Assembly: GCA_963664815.2 (NCBI GenBank)
Contig: CAXXHB010000002.1
Location: forward strand, 480,001 to 544,000
Source: Spirochaetota bacterium
Lineage (GTDB): Bacteria; Spirochaetota; UBA4802; UBA5550
Direction: 5' to 3'
DNA length: 64,000 nt
Shown here: piece after piece, positions 1 through 10,173 of the stretch
How the letters are laid out: each line of letters starts with the position of its first letter
Position numbering within the stretch: position 1 is the first letter of the stretch
Translations under genes and position numbers: made by a program
Notes under the pieces: model-generated
Databases searched by the model: none
What the model was told of the DNA's origin: nothing
Seen by the model: only the letters and a program-made list of their open reading frames with translations

Positions 1-168
1 CTTCATAAAAATTTGAAAGATGTAAATGAAGCTATGCTTAACATAAAATTTAAATATGAGATAGATGGTAAAATATACGAGCAGAAAATTAATAAAAAGA
101 TTTATCGGAGAGTTAAAAATATTCAGCTTGAAAGTGGGGTCGGTATACCTGATAAAGTTGAGGAATGA
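1..168 (+). CDS. 3' end of a gene running in from the left edge (possible immunity protein of the preceding cassette)
   Basis: Frame 1 is open from base 1 (LHKNLKDVNEAMLNIKFKYEIDGKIYEQK...PDKVEE) to TGA at 166-168. It is followed by the same repeat element that follows the 1864-2460 gene. Confidence 0.6.
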   Translation, partial: LHKNLKDVNEAMLNIKFKYEIDGKIYEQKINKKIYRRVKNIQLESGVGIPDKVEE

Positions 169-184
169 ATAAGTCCTATACAAT

Positions 185-317
185 AGCTCAGTTCACTTTC
201 ACAGAAATTCCCCATATTGCATAATTGAGTAGCTAGACCGACATCGCCGGGGCTGGATTAAGTTTCTGATACATGAGTCCGGCGATGTGCGTAGCGAACG
301 TCTAGCGACAATTATGT
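185..317. repeat. Structured inter-cassette repeat, copy A
   Basis: Shares AGCTCAGTTCACT, TTCCCCAT, ATAATTG, GACATC, CTGGAT..AGTTTCTGATACAT, CGATGT, GAACG and AATTATG with 2473-2607. Nested inverted repeats: CATAATTG/CAATTATG, GCTAGAC/GTCTAGC, ACATCGCCGG/CCGGCGATGT. Confidence 0.8.
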
Positions 318-391
318 TGAGTTGACATATTGATATTTTATTGATCTGTTCTATAATTCTGAATCAGTTAATTATTGATCTTTGAAAGTAA

Positions 392-1864
392 TTTTTTTAT
401 ATTATATACAGTGAAAAACCGTTTTCTCAGGATTGTATACGGGCAGATGTTGAAGAGGCAACAGAAACTACCAAAGCTAAAGAAGGTCTTGGATTCGCGG
501 GTACACTCGAGGCTGTAATTAATGCCCGTAAGGATGTATTAACAATAGCAGCCCTGGCAGAGAACAAGGCTTTAGCTGAAAAACTCGATAATGCACTTGA
601 TAAAGATGCGGCATCATTGGGAGAAGCGGTTAATAAGGTTTCTGAAACTGTTCAGAGCAGCGATGGAGTTAAGGATGATAAAATATCTCATGTAAATCTG
701 TATCAGGGTGATAAAACAGATAACGCGATGAATGGATATGCAGCAGCATATGACCAGAATAGTAATGAAACATATCTGAATACCGAAGGAACAGATATAT
801 CAAAGGGTGGAGATATTATTACATCACTCTTCTGGGAAGCCCAGAGGAAGGATAACACTACTAATGGGCTGGACCTTGATGCAGGACAGCAGCTAATACT
901 TGCATCTTCACGTGGAGAACAGGCGGGAAATTTATGGAACAGGTTTTCGGATACTGCTTCAATAACTACAAATCATGATGCTGTAATTAACTGGAATAAT
1001 GCGAATGCTGAATCAGATACACTGGTTAAGGGTAGCGAAAAGGCGAAAGAACTTGATACAAGTGAAGATGGTGGAGTAGTAGCGAGATCAAAACCAATGA
1101 TTTATAAAAAGACTTATCAGGAATATGATAAAAAAGTTACTATTGTAGTTACAGCTGAACGTGTAGATAAAGGTGACACGTTAGTTAATGATTTTATTGA
1201 AACTGACATGAAAGCTATATCAAAAGCCGGTGAGAAAACTGATTTTGAAAAAGTAAAGGCAATGTATTTAGAACGTAACCCTGATCTTGCTAATAACCCT
1301 GATAGTCTAAAAGAAGGGCAGATACTTATAACAGATGTTCGGATGTCAAAAGAAACTAATAAAACAATAATACCAATGGGTGATGTACTTATAAATGGAG
1401 GAGTGGATGCGACTCTTTCAATTGTACACACACTCGGTGAAGAAGTTTCATTAAATAAATATACACATTATTCGTTAGAAATAGATAATGAGAATCCGTT
1501 AAATTCATCATTTAATATAGAAACTACTCTCTTTCCAACTGTAACATATAAATCCGAAGTAGTAGGAGGTGGTTATAATTTTTCTAATAATGTTGGCATA
1601 AGTTATGGAAGATTTGAAAAAACTGAAGAAGGGTTAAACACATTTCTTGGTTCTTCAGAACAAGCAACTATTTCAATACCAGGTTTTAGCCTTTCATTAG
1701 GGAAAAGCAATCCAAGCGAAAATGGAAATTATTGGACATCAGGTTCAACAGGTATAAACCTTATTCCGGGTGCTTTAGTGAATTGGGGAGAAACCAATAC
1801 AAAACCATTTAAAATAATTAAACCTGTGACGGAAAAGAAAACATATTCACTTACGGGCGAATAA
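392..1864 (+). pseudogene. Orphan (start-less) C-terminal fragment of a large secreted polymorphic-toxin/haemagglutinin-like protein with a LysM-like segment
   Basis: The frame is open from 392, well upstream of the TTG at 617, with no ATG or SD. LysM-like motifs VDKGDTL...NPDLANNPDSLKEGQILI; G/S/N-rich variable C-terminus; overlaps the start of a small downstream gene (TAATG). Confidence 0.55.
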
Positions 1865-2460
1865 TGAAAATAAAAATTAGTGATATTCGGCTCCTTTTTG
1901 GATTAGTACTTCTCTTGATTTGTTTTTATTTTTATTTAATATCACCTTCCAAAAAAGAAGTGCAACAAAAGCAGGCTGTAATGTTACAGAATATTGTAAA
2001 CAGAGATGTAGATGAATTATCAATTGTAATAGATGTTCATAGTAAATATTCATATTTAAAGATTAAAGATAAAAAAATAATCAAAGAATTTATGGATGCA
2101 TTAAAAAACGATTCTTGTTTTCAATTCTCAATGACAGGTCAATACAACAGTGAATATGTATTGACATTACATAGCAAAAGTAATAGCGATTTGATTAAAT
2201 TAAGCAGTGACACTTTTAATAATAGTGTAAAAAGTGATTCAGTAAAGGTGACACTCTTTGAAGTTAAAAATATAGATATATTTGACCTTTATTATAAATC
2301 TATAATGGAAGGTGAAAATTTCTTTAGCCTTTTTATGGTGTACTATGGTTACGGTGAATATTATTATGAAAATTACAAATTATATAATATAATCGACAAG
2401 TATATTAAAGATAAAGGAACAGTATATAATCATTCTACGATACTGTGGGTGCGAAAATAA
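1864..2460 (+). CDS. Hypothetical membrane-anchored protein, putative cognate immunity protein
   Basis: 198 aa with an N-terminal hydrophobic helix, very low GC, translationally coupled to the upstream toxin-like ORF. Confidence 0.6.
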   Translation: MKIKISDIRLLFGLVLLLICFYFYLISPSKKEVQQKQAVMLQNIVNRDVDELSIVIDVHSKYSYLKIKDKKIIKEFMDALKNDSCFQFSMTGQYNSEYVLTLHSKSNSDLIKLSSDTFNNSVKSDSVKVTLFEVKNIDIFDLYYKSIMEGENFFSLFMVYYGYGEYYYENYKLYNIIDKYIKDKGTVYNHSTILWVRK

Positions 2461-2472
2461 ATTCGGTATAAA

Positions 2473-2607
2473 AGCTCAGTTCACTATAATAACAAGTTCC
2501 CCATGTTGTAATAATTGCATAGTTTGATGACATCAACAGTGACTGGATAGAGTTTCTGATACATTGAATCGTCGATGTACGAAAGTGAACGATCAGTAAT
2601 AATTATG
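2473..2607. repeat. Structured inter-cassette repeat, copy B
   Basis: Diverged copy of 185-317 lying 12 nt after the stop of 1864-2460. Stems: ATAATT/AATTAT, TTGAT/ATCAG, ACATCAAC/GTCGATGT, plus a TAC-GAAA-GTG mini-hairpin. Confidence 0.75.
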
Positions 2608-2749
2608 CGATATGAATATATAGAAAAAGATTTTCATTTGTTTTCAGTTAATTGTATTGTTCAAACGACTTAATTTTACTTAAGTTCTCTGTTATGAATT
2701 ATCAGCAGTAATTCCAGTTCCTTGAAAACCAACAATATAACAGCACACC

Positions 2750-2918
2750 GCGTGAGGGATTGCAGCGATATAAAACGGCAATCAATAAAGAGTAAATAGA
2801 AATCAACAGATTGGCCGTTTTATACAAGCAGAAAGCCCGGCCCTGACGAATGTGAAATAAACATTTCATATATAATAAAAAATATTAACAACATGTAGGG
2901 GCGTAAAACATTACGCCA
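2750..2918 (+). ncRNA. Flavo-1-like RNA motif / repeat element
   Basis: GCGTGAGGGATTGCAGCG - hairpin (TATAAAACGGC/GCCGTTTTATA) - AGCAGAAAGCCCGGCCC ... GGGCGTAA-AACA-TTACGCC. This matches my recollection of the Flavo-1 layout; not verified with a covariance model. Confidence 0.6.
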
Positions 2919-2939
2919 AATGATATTCAAGATCGTCAG

Positions 2940-3162
2940 TGTCACGTCCATAAACTACGGCTACACAGACAACAGAGGGCAGACAGACAAGCCTGGCCAC
3001 AATAGGAGCAGGAACAATAACCAAACCGGAAACATCGGCAGAAGGACTTGTCAACAGAGATGTAACAATATCACAATACAAACATACAGCGGAGGACTGA
3101 AAGGCGGAGTTACGGTAGATACGGCAACAGTAGTGTTGGCAACAGACAGGGAAAAGTGCTGA
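2940..3162 (+). pseudogene. Frameshifted remnant of a filamentous-haemagglutinin-like exoprotein stalk
   Basis: Joining frames gives TSINYGYTD..-SLATIGAGTITKPETSAEGLVNRDVTISQY-TYSGGLKGGVTVD, resembling the ATIGxGTI...GLNRD motif of haemagglutinin-repeat toxins. Two frameshifts. Confidence 0.55.
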
Positions 3163-3255
3163 CCGTGGGAAGCATAATTTTTTAATCAGTTCATTTAAAG
3201 AAAAGTTCCTTCTTTTTGAGGGTGTCTGTTTTTTTTGTAAGCAATTAAAACATTA

Positions 3256-4893
3256 TCATACTTTGAATTTAGAAATAATCAGCTGAAGTTCTTCTCCCGT
3301 TTTTGCCAGCGATGTAGCTGAATTAAAAGTTTTATCCATAAAAGACATCTGGGTATCAGCTACAGACCGGATCTTATTGGTCGCTGCTGTTGCACCATCA
3401 GACATTTTTGTAATCACGGAAAAGGATTTAACAACTCTTTCAGCGCCGTTTGCCATATTGTGAGTTGCAGATGAAACCTCATTAATTTTATTTACTACTC
3501 CATCAACAGAAACCTGGATCTGGCCGAATGAATCTCCGGCAATATTTACCATTTTAATTCCTTCAAGAACTTCTTTCCGGACAGACTCCATTGAATCCAT
3601 AACCTTATCGGTTTCAATCTGAATAGTTTTAATAAGTTTTGATATTTGAGAAGCTGACTGGGCTGACTGTTCTGCCAGTTTACCGACTTCGTCTGCAACA
3701 ACACCGAAACCGCGGCCATGTTCTCCAGCTCTTGCGGATTCAATAGCGGCATTCAGTGCAAGAAGATTGGTCTGTTCGGCAATGCCGGTTATTACCTCAA
3801 TTATCTGTCCAATTTCCCCGGATCTGTCTCCAAGCTCTTTTAGCCCATGTGCCAGTCCGTTGATTGTCTGATTAATAGAATTCATCTGTTGAATAACCTT
3901 CTGAATCGCATCATTTCCCTGAATAGCTTTACGTAAAGTCTCATCGGATGTTGAAGTCATTGCCTGGGCGTGCATATCAACCTGTTGTACATCTGTAAGC
4001 ATCTTGTTTATATCTGCAGAATTGCTTTCTATTATACCAATCTGTTCAGTAATTCCAATTGCAACCTGTTTGAGAATTTCAACAATTTTTCCGCTTGCCT
4101 TACTGGTTTCACCTGCATGACCAATCAACTCTTCTGATGAATTTGCAACCATGGTTGTATTAGATCCTACCTCTCTTATGAGATCACGCAGGTTTTCAGC
4201 CATTTCATTAAATTTTTTACCAAGCTCACCAATTTCATCATCAGTAGTAGCAGAGATCTCACATGTCAAATCGCCTCCTGCCATAATATCCATCTGACTT
4301 TTTATGGCAGCAATAGGGCGCGATAAAATACGTATTATGATAAATCGGCTGCATATGACACTTAAAAGAATCATAGTCATACTGACGATAACAATCTTTA
4401 ATAACAGCTGCCTTATAGGGACTATCTCCTGAGCAAAAGAGAGTTTTAATCCTGCAACATAGACAACTTTATCGTTTATATGCAGTGGAGCTGTAACATC
4501 AATAATACTCTCCTCTTCCTCGATAATTGGAACAATCTTATTTTCCTTGGCAGCCTCAAGATCTTCAGGGTCTGCTTCCTTCCCTATAAGATCGGGAGAG
4601 GTAGAAGCAATACATACGGGATGATCAGTAAGATTATAAATGTTAAATTCTTCTATGTCCGGTATATTTTTTTTCAGACGAACCAGGTCATTCTGAATAT
4701 CTTCGTTGTTTACTGTATCACTGATACTGGCATCAAATGTTGCGATGGTTTTTATAGCCTCATCTCTGACGGTATTAATAACCAGAATTCGGCTGTCATG
4801 ATAGATCATAAATGCACAAACGGTTATGATCATTACCAATATGGAATTGGAAGCAATAATTGTTTTACGAAATAAACTAATCGATTTTTTCAT
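3256..4893 (-). CDS. Methyl-accepting chemotaxis protein (periplasmic sensor, HAMP, signalling domain)
   Basis: Two TM helices, HAMP ([13 protein letters not shown]) and the hairpin motif [33 protein letters not shown]. Confidence 0.95.
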   Translation of the reverse strand: MKKSISLFRKTIIASNSILVMIITVCAFMIYHDSRILVINTVRDEAIKTIATFDASISDTVNNEDIQNDLVRLKKNIPDIEEFNIYNLTDHPVCIASTSPDLIGKEADPEDLEAAKENKIVPIIEEEESIIDVTAPLHINDKVVYVAGLKLSFAQEIVPIRQLLLKIVIVSMTMILLSVICSRFIIIRILSRPIAAIKSQMDIMAGGDLTCEISATTDDEIGELGKKFNEMAENLRDLIREVGSNTTMVANSSEELIGHAGETSKASGKIVEILKQVAIGITEQIGIIESNSADINKMLTDVQQVDMHAQAMTSTSDETLRKAIQGNDAIQKVIQQMNSINQTINGLAHGLKELGDRSGEIGQIIEVITGIAEQTNLLALNAAIESARAGEHGRGFGVVADEVGKLAEQSAQSASQISKLIKTIQIETDKVMDSMESVRKEVLEGIKMVNIAGDSFGQIQVSVDGVVNKINEVSSATHNMANGAERVVKSFSVITKMSDGATAATNKIRSVADTQMSFMDKTFNSATSLAKTGEELQLIISKFKV

Positions 4894-5121
4894 AAGCGCC
4901 TCATTGTGGTAAGTATAACAGGAAGGTAATTATAAAAAAAGTAATTGTCAACAGGATTGGTTTATTATGTTAAAAGACGTAGCATCCTGTGCAAGCATTG
5001 GTATTTACCGTTTATACATCAGAGGGAACAATATGATTATTCGAAAAATTAATTTTTCCCATGAAATTCGATAACTGGAATAAAGAATTGCAGAAAGGAA
5101 AAGACGTTTCGGATAAAACCG

Positions 5122-7581
5122 TCAGCTTGTTTTAAAGAATTCCAGCAGGTTCTTCATATTCTCTGCCTGGGCGCTTATCTGTTCTGCCGACGAAGCAATC
5201 TCCTCCGCACCTGCTGCCTGGGCCTGGGTTTGCTCATTTATCTGGTCCATGGTTCTGGATATTTCCGTATGGGTAATCGTCTGTTCATTTGTTGAAGTGG
5301 AAATACTGTCAGACATCTCCATAACCTGCTTTGTGGCGGCTACAACCTGTTTGCTTGATTTTTCCTGAGAATCTGATGAATTGGCGATTTTCTGAACAAG
5401 TTCTTTTGTATGAGTGATATAGTTTATGATCTTTTCAAGAGCTAGTGATGTCTCTCCTATATCGAGTATTCCCTGTTTTGCTGATTTTACCCCGTTGGAA
5501 ACAAGACCTGTAATACTTTTTGCTGATTCTGCAGTCTGCTCGGCGAGTTTTCCTATTTCATCTGCAACAACGGCGAAACCGCGACCATGTTCACCGGCGC
5601 GGGCTGCCTCTATAGCTGCGTTAAGAGCAAGGAGGTTGACTTTATCAGATATATCACTGATAAGAGTTACCATCTCTGCTATTTTAAGAGAATTCTGTTC
5701 AATGCTGTTAATCCCCTTTGTTGTGTTCTGCATAAGAAGATTTCCTTTACGTGCTTCATCAGCTGTTTCATTCGCGACGTTCAGAGCACCTATGGCATCG
5801 TCATTTACAGTTTTTATAATTGAACTAAGCTCTTCCATAGATTTATAGGTATTTTTTGAATGATCAGACTGGGCTTTTGCGCTGTTGGCGATTGATTCAT
5901 TTGATGCTGATATTTCTTCGAGTGATGCAGTGGCCTCTTCAACCGAAGCTGCCTGTGATTGTGCACTGTCGGAAAGAGCCGAACTGGTGGTGGCAAGTTC
6001 TTCAGCTGATGATGCGAGTTGGGTCGAAGCATTAAATGCCGAATCAACAACCTCTTTAATCTTATCCTGAAAATTTTTCATGTTCCTGATCATATCGCCG
6101 AATTCATCAGGGAGGTAATCGGTGGTTCTCGCTGTAAGATCCCCTTTTGAGAGAGCACTAAATACCTTCACTGTATTACGTATTGGAGTGGAAAAACTCT
6201 CACCCGATTTATAAACAATAACAGACACAATGATTGTGAGAAAGATCACTGCCAGAATAATTTTAATTACAACGCTGTTCACCGGTTTCATAAGAAATTC
6301 CTCGTAACTTACTGAAACAAGAAAGTGACCGGTTGATTGAAGTTTTGCTTTCCTGAGAAAAAGAGGTTTATTATTAATTATATATGCATGAAAATCTGTA
6401 TCGTTATTTTTTACAAATAGAGTAATATCTCTTCCTTTTTTATCAAGGAGATCAACTCCTACTACTTTGTTAAGAAGTCTGGCCTCTGGATGATATATTA
6501 TTTCACCAAGTCTGTTCATAATTAAAAATTTAGTCTCATCAGTTGTACTGGCATTTTTCACAATCTCGGTAATCCTGTCAGAATTAATTGTAGCACCTAT
6601 TGCGCCTTCTATTTGACCATTTTTTATATATGGTACAATACATACAATTATTTTGTTACCTGTATCCCTGCTTATAATAAGATCTGACCACTGCTGGGAT
6701 TTTTGTACGAACATTCTTTTAAAATAGTCCCTGTCAGAAATATTTATTGCTTTGCCATTATTTGTGTAACCCTCACCATTGGTCTTTGCCAGAAACAATG
6801 TCTCTATATCTTTATTAATCCTTGTGGCATAAAGTTTTCTCGACGTTGCAAGCGCATCAGATGGTGAAATTCTGCCGGCATCTACAATATTCATATATGA
6901 ATAAAGCTCAGTAGTTATATTGCTGAATGTACGATCAAGAGCAATCGATGCAGCTTCAGTCTGGAGGATTGTGTTTTTCTTATAATTTTCAACGGTCTTG
7001 TCTGCATTCATTGAATATACAGCAAATGCAGTATATAGAAGTATCAAAGTAAGAATGCTGAGAATCGGCGCAAGCAGTTTTTCAAATATTGATAAAGACC
7101 TGATGTTCAGAGCGCTGGTGACGGGGTACAGGATCATCCGGAACCTGTAGTAGTGAAAAAGGGTAAGACTACCTGATACAAGAAGGTCTTTAACATAAAA
7201 AAGGGCAAGCTGTTGATGAGTAACAATCAACCCCTGTAAGTAGGTTAAAGTTGAGAGTATAATGGCTGTAATTGTTATTGGTACAAAGAAAAGGATAGAT
7301 GCTTTAACAGATGCTCTCCTTGCAAATTTTACAGACTCTTCATCACTGGATTCATTGTCAATCATCTCCTGGATTCTGTTTGTCATAAAGTGATAGATGT
7401 AAATTATTACAGTTATAATTATAAGACAGATAAACAGGGTAAAAAAAACAGACTTTAATGCAGCTAATGTCTTCACTCTAAAAACTAATAACATCAAGTT
7501 GAGTACCGGAACCGAAGCAAGAATTAAGCCGAAGTTCCACAGTAACTGTTTTTTTACATTTGATAGATTGCTCGTATTCAT
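5122..7581 (-). CDS. Methyl-accepting chemotaxis protein with extra N-terminal TM helices and a dCache-like sensor
   Basis: Cache-type motifs ([26 protein letters not shown]), HAMP, and [29 protein letters not shown]. Confidence 0.95.
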   Translation of the reverse strand: MNTSNLSNVKKQLLWNFGLILASVPVLNLMLLVFRVKTLAALKSVFFTLFICLIIITVIIYIYHFMTNRIQEMIDNESSDEESVKFARRASVKASILFFVPITITAIILSTLTYLQGLIVTHQQLALFYVKDLLVSGSLTLFHYYRFRMILYPVTSALNIRSLSIFEKLLAPILSILTLILLYTAFAVYSMNADKTVENYKKNTILQTEAASIALDRTFSNITTELYSYMNIVDAGRISPSDALATSRKLYATRINKDIETLFLAKTNGEGYTNNGKAINISDRDYFKRMFVQKSQQWSDLIISRDTGNKIIVCIVPYIKNGQIEGAIGATINSDRITEIVKNASTTDETKFLIMNRLGEIIYHPEARLLNKVVGVDLLDKKGRDITLFVKNNDTDFHAYIINNKPLFLRKAKLQSTGHFLVSVSYEEFLMKPVNSVVIKIILAVIFLTIIVSVIVYKSGESFSTPIRNTVKVFSALSKGDLTARTTDYLPDEFGDMIRNMKNFQDKIKEVVDSAFNASTQLASSAEELATTSSALSDSAQSQAASVEEATASLEEISASNESIANSAKAQSDHSKNTYKSMEELSSIIKTVNDDAIGALNVANETADEARKGNLLMQNTTKGINSIEQNSLKIAEMVTLISDISDKVNLLALNAAIEAARAGEHGRGFAVVADEIGKLAEQTAESAKSITGLVSNGVKSAKQGILDIGETSLALEKIINYITHTKELVQKIANSSDSQEKSSKQVVAATKQVMEMSDSISTSTNEQTITHTEISRTMDQINEQTQAQAAGAEEIASSAEQISAQAENMKNLLEFFKTS

Positions 7582-7815
7582 TTTTTCTCCAGATTTGCAG
7601 ATGTTTGTTCTTTTTATTTTATATTAAGGCTTAAATGATAAATAATTTAATTAAATGAAATAGGGATTTATGTTCTGTCAAGAATGATATTCAAAACCGC
7701 TTTTTGAATAACAACAATTATTAGACTATGATGCGGAGATTTTTGTGAATTTGTAATGTTAAAGTGTTTTTAATGAGACTATATTGTATATAATAGAACA
7801 GTTATACTCTTCCGG

Positions 7816-8067
7816 TTAAAATCAGGAGTAAAATTAAAGCCAAATATTGCATATAATATTCAGGAATAATATACTTTTTCTCCTGATCATTCAGCACTAT
7901 TAAACTCGTCTATAGGAGATATTAAAGGGAGATGGGATATTAATGCAGACAATCTTATCCTCACGGACGACAAGCCTGCGGAAACTCATGTTATAGTCAA
8001 AATTGAGAAAGACAAAATCATAATTAAACGCAATAGACAGAATGAAATTACCCGGATAAGAAAATAA
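7816..8067 (+). pseudogene. Gene remnant with an internal stop (lipocalin-like beta-rich fragment)
   Basis: LKSGVKLKPNIAYNIQE*YTFSPDHSALLNSSIGDIKGRWDINADNLILTD...RIRK*, with in-frame TAA at 7867. The YTF..D...G.W.I...L.L pattern is lipocalin-like; no start codon found. Confidence 0.35.
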
Positions 8068-8184
8068 ATTTTAACATTTTTAAGCTTAATATAATAAAAA
8101 ACTGTTTCAGAATTATAATCTTAACCGAGCTTTTTATGCATTGCTTCTGTTTACGGCTTAGATTCAATTGTTGATAAAAGTATG

Positions 8185-9900
8185 TTATACCTTAAACTGT
8201 AATATCTTTTCACGAAGCTCCTCTGCCATTCCGGACATATCTTCGGAACTTGCGGCAATTTCTCCTGCACCTGATGTTACTGTTTCTGTATAGTCATCAA
8301 TGTTCTTTATTGAAGCTGTGATTGCCTCCAGTTCATCCTTTTGATTTGCGGCAGTGCTTTTAATCTCCTCAGCCCGAACTATAATATCTTTGGCTTTGCT
8401 GCGTAACATATTTGATGTTTCAAGCTGCTCTTTAGCGACTATGCTTATTGTTGTAACTTCTCCTTTCATCTGATCAACACCTTTTATAATAAGATTAAGT
8501 ACGGAGGTTGTTGAATCGAGATTATTCATCTCAAGGGAAATCTCGGAACTGTTTGCCTTTATGAGAGAATCAATATTCTTTGTTGATGATGCAGTCTGGT
8601 CGGCAAGTTTAGAAATTTCCTCAGCAACAACAGCAAATCCCCGTCCGGCATCTCCTGCCCGGGCTGCTTCAATTGCAGCATTAAGTGACAGGAGATTGAT
8701 CCTGTCAGAGATATCATTAATGATTTCTATGATGCCAATCATGTCGTTGGAACTCTTCATAACCCTGTTCATTGAAGAATTCATTGTTGAGATCGAATCT
8801 CCACCCTCTTTGGCGTGTCCTGCAACTGTTGACGAAAGAAATAATGTCTTTTCAGCCTGCAGGCTCATTGTCTGTATTCCGCCATAAAGATTTTCTATAA
8901 GCTGGCTCAGGGACACAAAAAGTTCAAGCTGCTCGTTTGAAAGAGTTGTAATGCGGTGTATAAGAACACTGACGCTGTTTGCTGTAAAACCGGATTCATT
9001 CATAATGTCGGTTTTAGTCTGAGCCAGGTTCATGCTGATAGAGGTGAACTCTTCTGAGGTAGCCGCAAGACGCTGAGATATCTCGGCAATCTGACGGATT
9101 AATGACTGGGTGCTTTCAACAAATCCGTTAAAACTATTTGCAAGAAGGCCGACTTCATCAGAACCGGAAACAGAAGTTCTCTTTGTAAGATCAGAAGAAT
9201 TAGCTACATCGGTAACATCTTTTATAATCTGGGTAATAGGATTAATTATAACAATCCGGAGCCTGTTAACTACTAAAAGTGTGATTAGTACAATAAAGAC
9301 AACTGTACCTGCAAAGATAAGCCATGCTTTTCGGATTGTTGAATTTACTTTATCTATACTATAATCAGCTCCTATGGCATATATGACTCTGCCGGAATTG
9401 TCTTTTACCGGTACAAAAACAGAGCGGACAGATCCCCACTTGTCAGTATATTCCGACATCTTCGACTCGCCAGTGCTCCATACTTCATCAAGTTCCGGTG
9501 GATGGTCGCTGTATATAGTAAGGAACGTATCAGCATAATCCGCTTCAGGTTCATAATTTTCAGAGTCATATACAAATATAAAATTTTCTTTCTCCTTTAT
9601 CATTATATATATGTACTTAAGTCCAAGGCTTCTTTCTGAATTTTTTATAAATTTCAGTATATTAATATATTCTTCTGATGTATTGTATCCAGGATCATGT
9701 ATTTTATCAAATTGTGATGAATCAAATCCTCTCTGTGTAATGGATGCTCCTATAATCAGTTTCTCATTGATACTGTTATTAAGCTCATTGCGGTATCGCA
9801 GAAAAAAGAAACCACTTGAAATAATAGATGTAATAATTATTGATAATCCGATATAAAGATAAAGTTTTTTCATTATAGATGTTTGCATGTTGACCTGCAT
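8185..9900 (-). CDS. Methyl-accepting chemotaxis protein
   Basis: TM-sensor (YTDKWG)-TM-HAMP, then [29 protein letters not shown]. Confidence 0.95.
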   Translation of the reverse strand: MQVNMQTSIMKKLYLYIGLSIIITSIISSGFFFLRYRNELNNSINEKLIIGASITQRGFDSSQFDKIHDPGYNTSEEYINILKFIKNSERSLGLKYIYIMIKEKENFIFVYDSENYEPEADYADTFLTIYSDHPPELDEVWSTGESKMSEYTDKWGSVRSVFVPVKDNSGRVIYAIGADYSIDKVNSTIRKAWLIFAGTVVFIVLITLLVVNRLRIVIINPITQIIKDVTDVANSSDLTKRTSVSGSDEVGLLANSFNGFVESTQSLIRQIAEISQRLAATSEEFTSISMNLAQTKTDIMNESGFTANSVSVLIHRITTLSNEQLELFVSLSQLIENLYGGIQTMSLQAEKTLFLSSTVAGHAKEGGDSISTMNSSMNRVMKSSNDMIGIIEIINDISDRINLLSLNAAIEAARAGDAGRGFAVVAEEISKLADQTASSTKNIDSLIKANSSEISLEMNNLDSTTSVLNLIIKGVDQMKGEVTTISIVAKEQLETSNMLRSKAKDIIVRAEEIKSTAANQKDELEAITASIKNIDDYTETVTSGAGEIAASSEDMSGMAEELREKILQFKV

Positions 9901-10173
9901 ATCTGTTGAAAATTTAGATAAGTTGACTGCTTTTTTCAGCAGATTTTAATACTTTTTGATAGAAGTTTTTCTGTCTAGTAAAAAACAGGTAATATTGAAT
10001 ATATTATTTTATGTATATATTTTATTATATGACTACATAATAGATTTTGCATCGCCAGCATAATGTCATTAATCAAGTCTTTCAATATCTATCATTATTT
10101 TTTAGATCAGTTGAATTAATATTTCATAATTAGATTCAATAATAGTTGTAACTTAAGGTTGTATTGAGTATCA

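Noticed and set aside
185-2607. Repeat elements as a canonical integron, hammerhead ribozyme or group II intron remnant
   Set aside because: There is no integrase in the window and the invariant AAC/GTT is absent. TGATGA...GAAA appears only in copy B with the wrong geometry, and no domain V motif is present. Kept only as an attC-like hypothesis.
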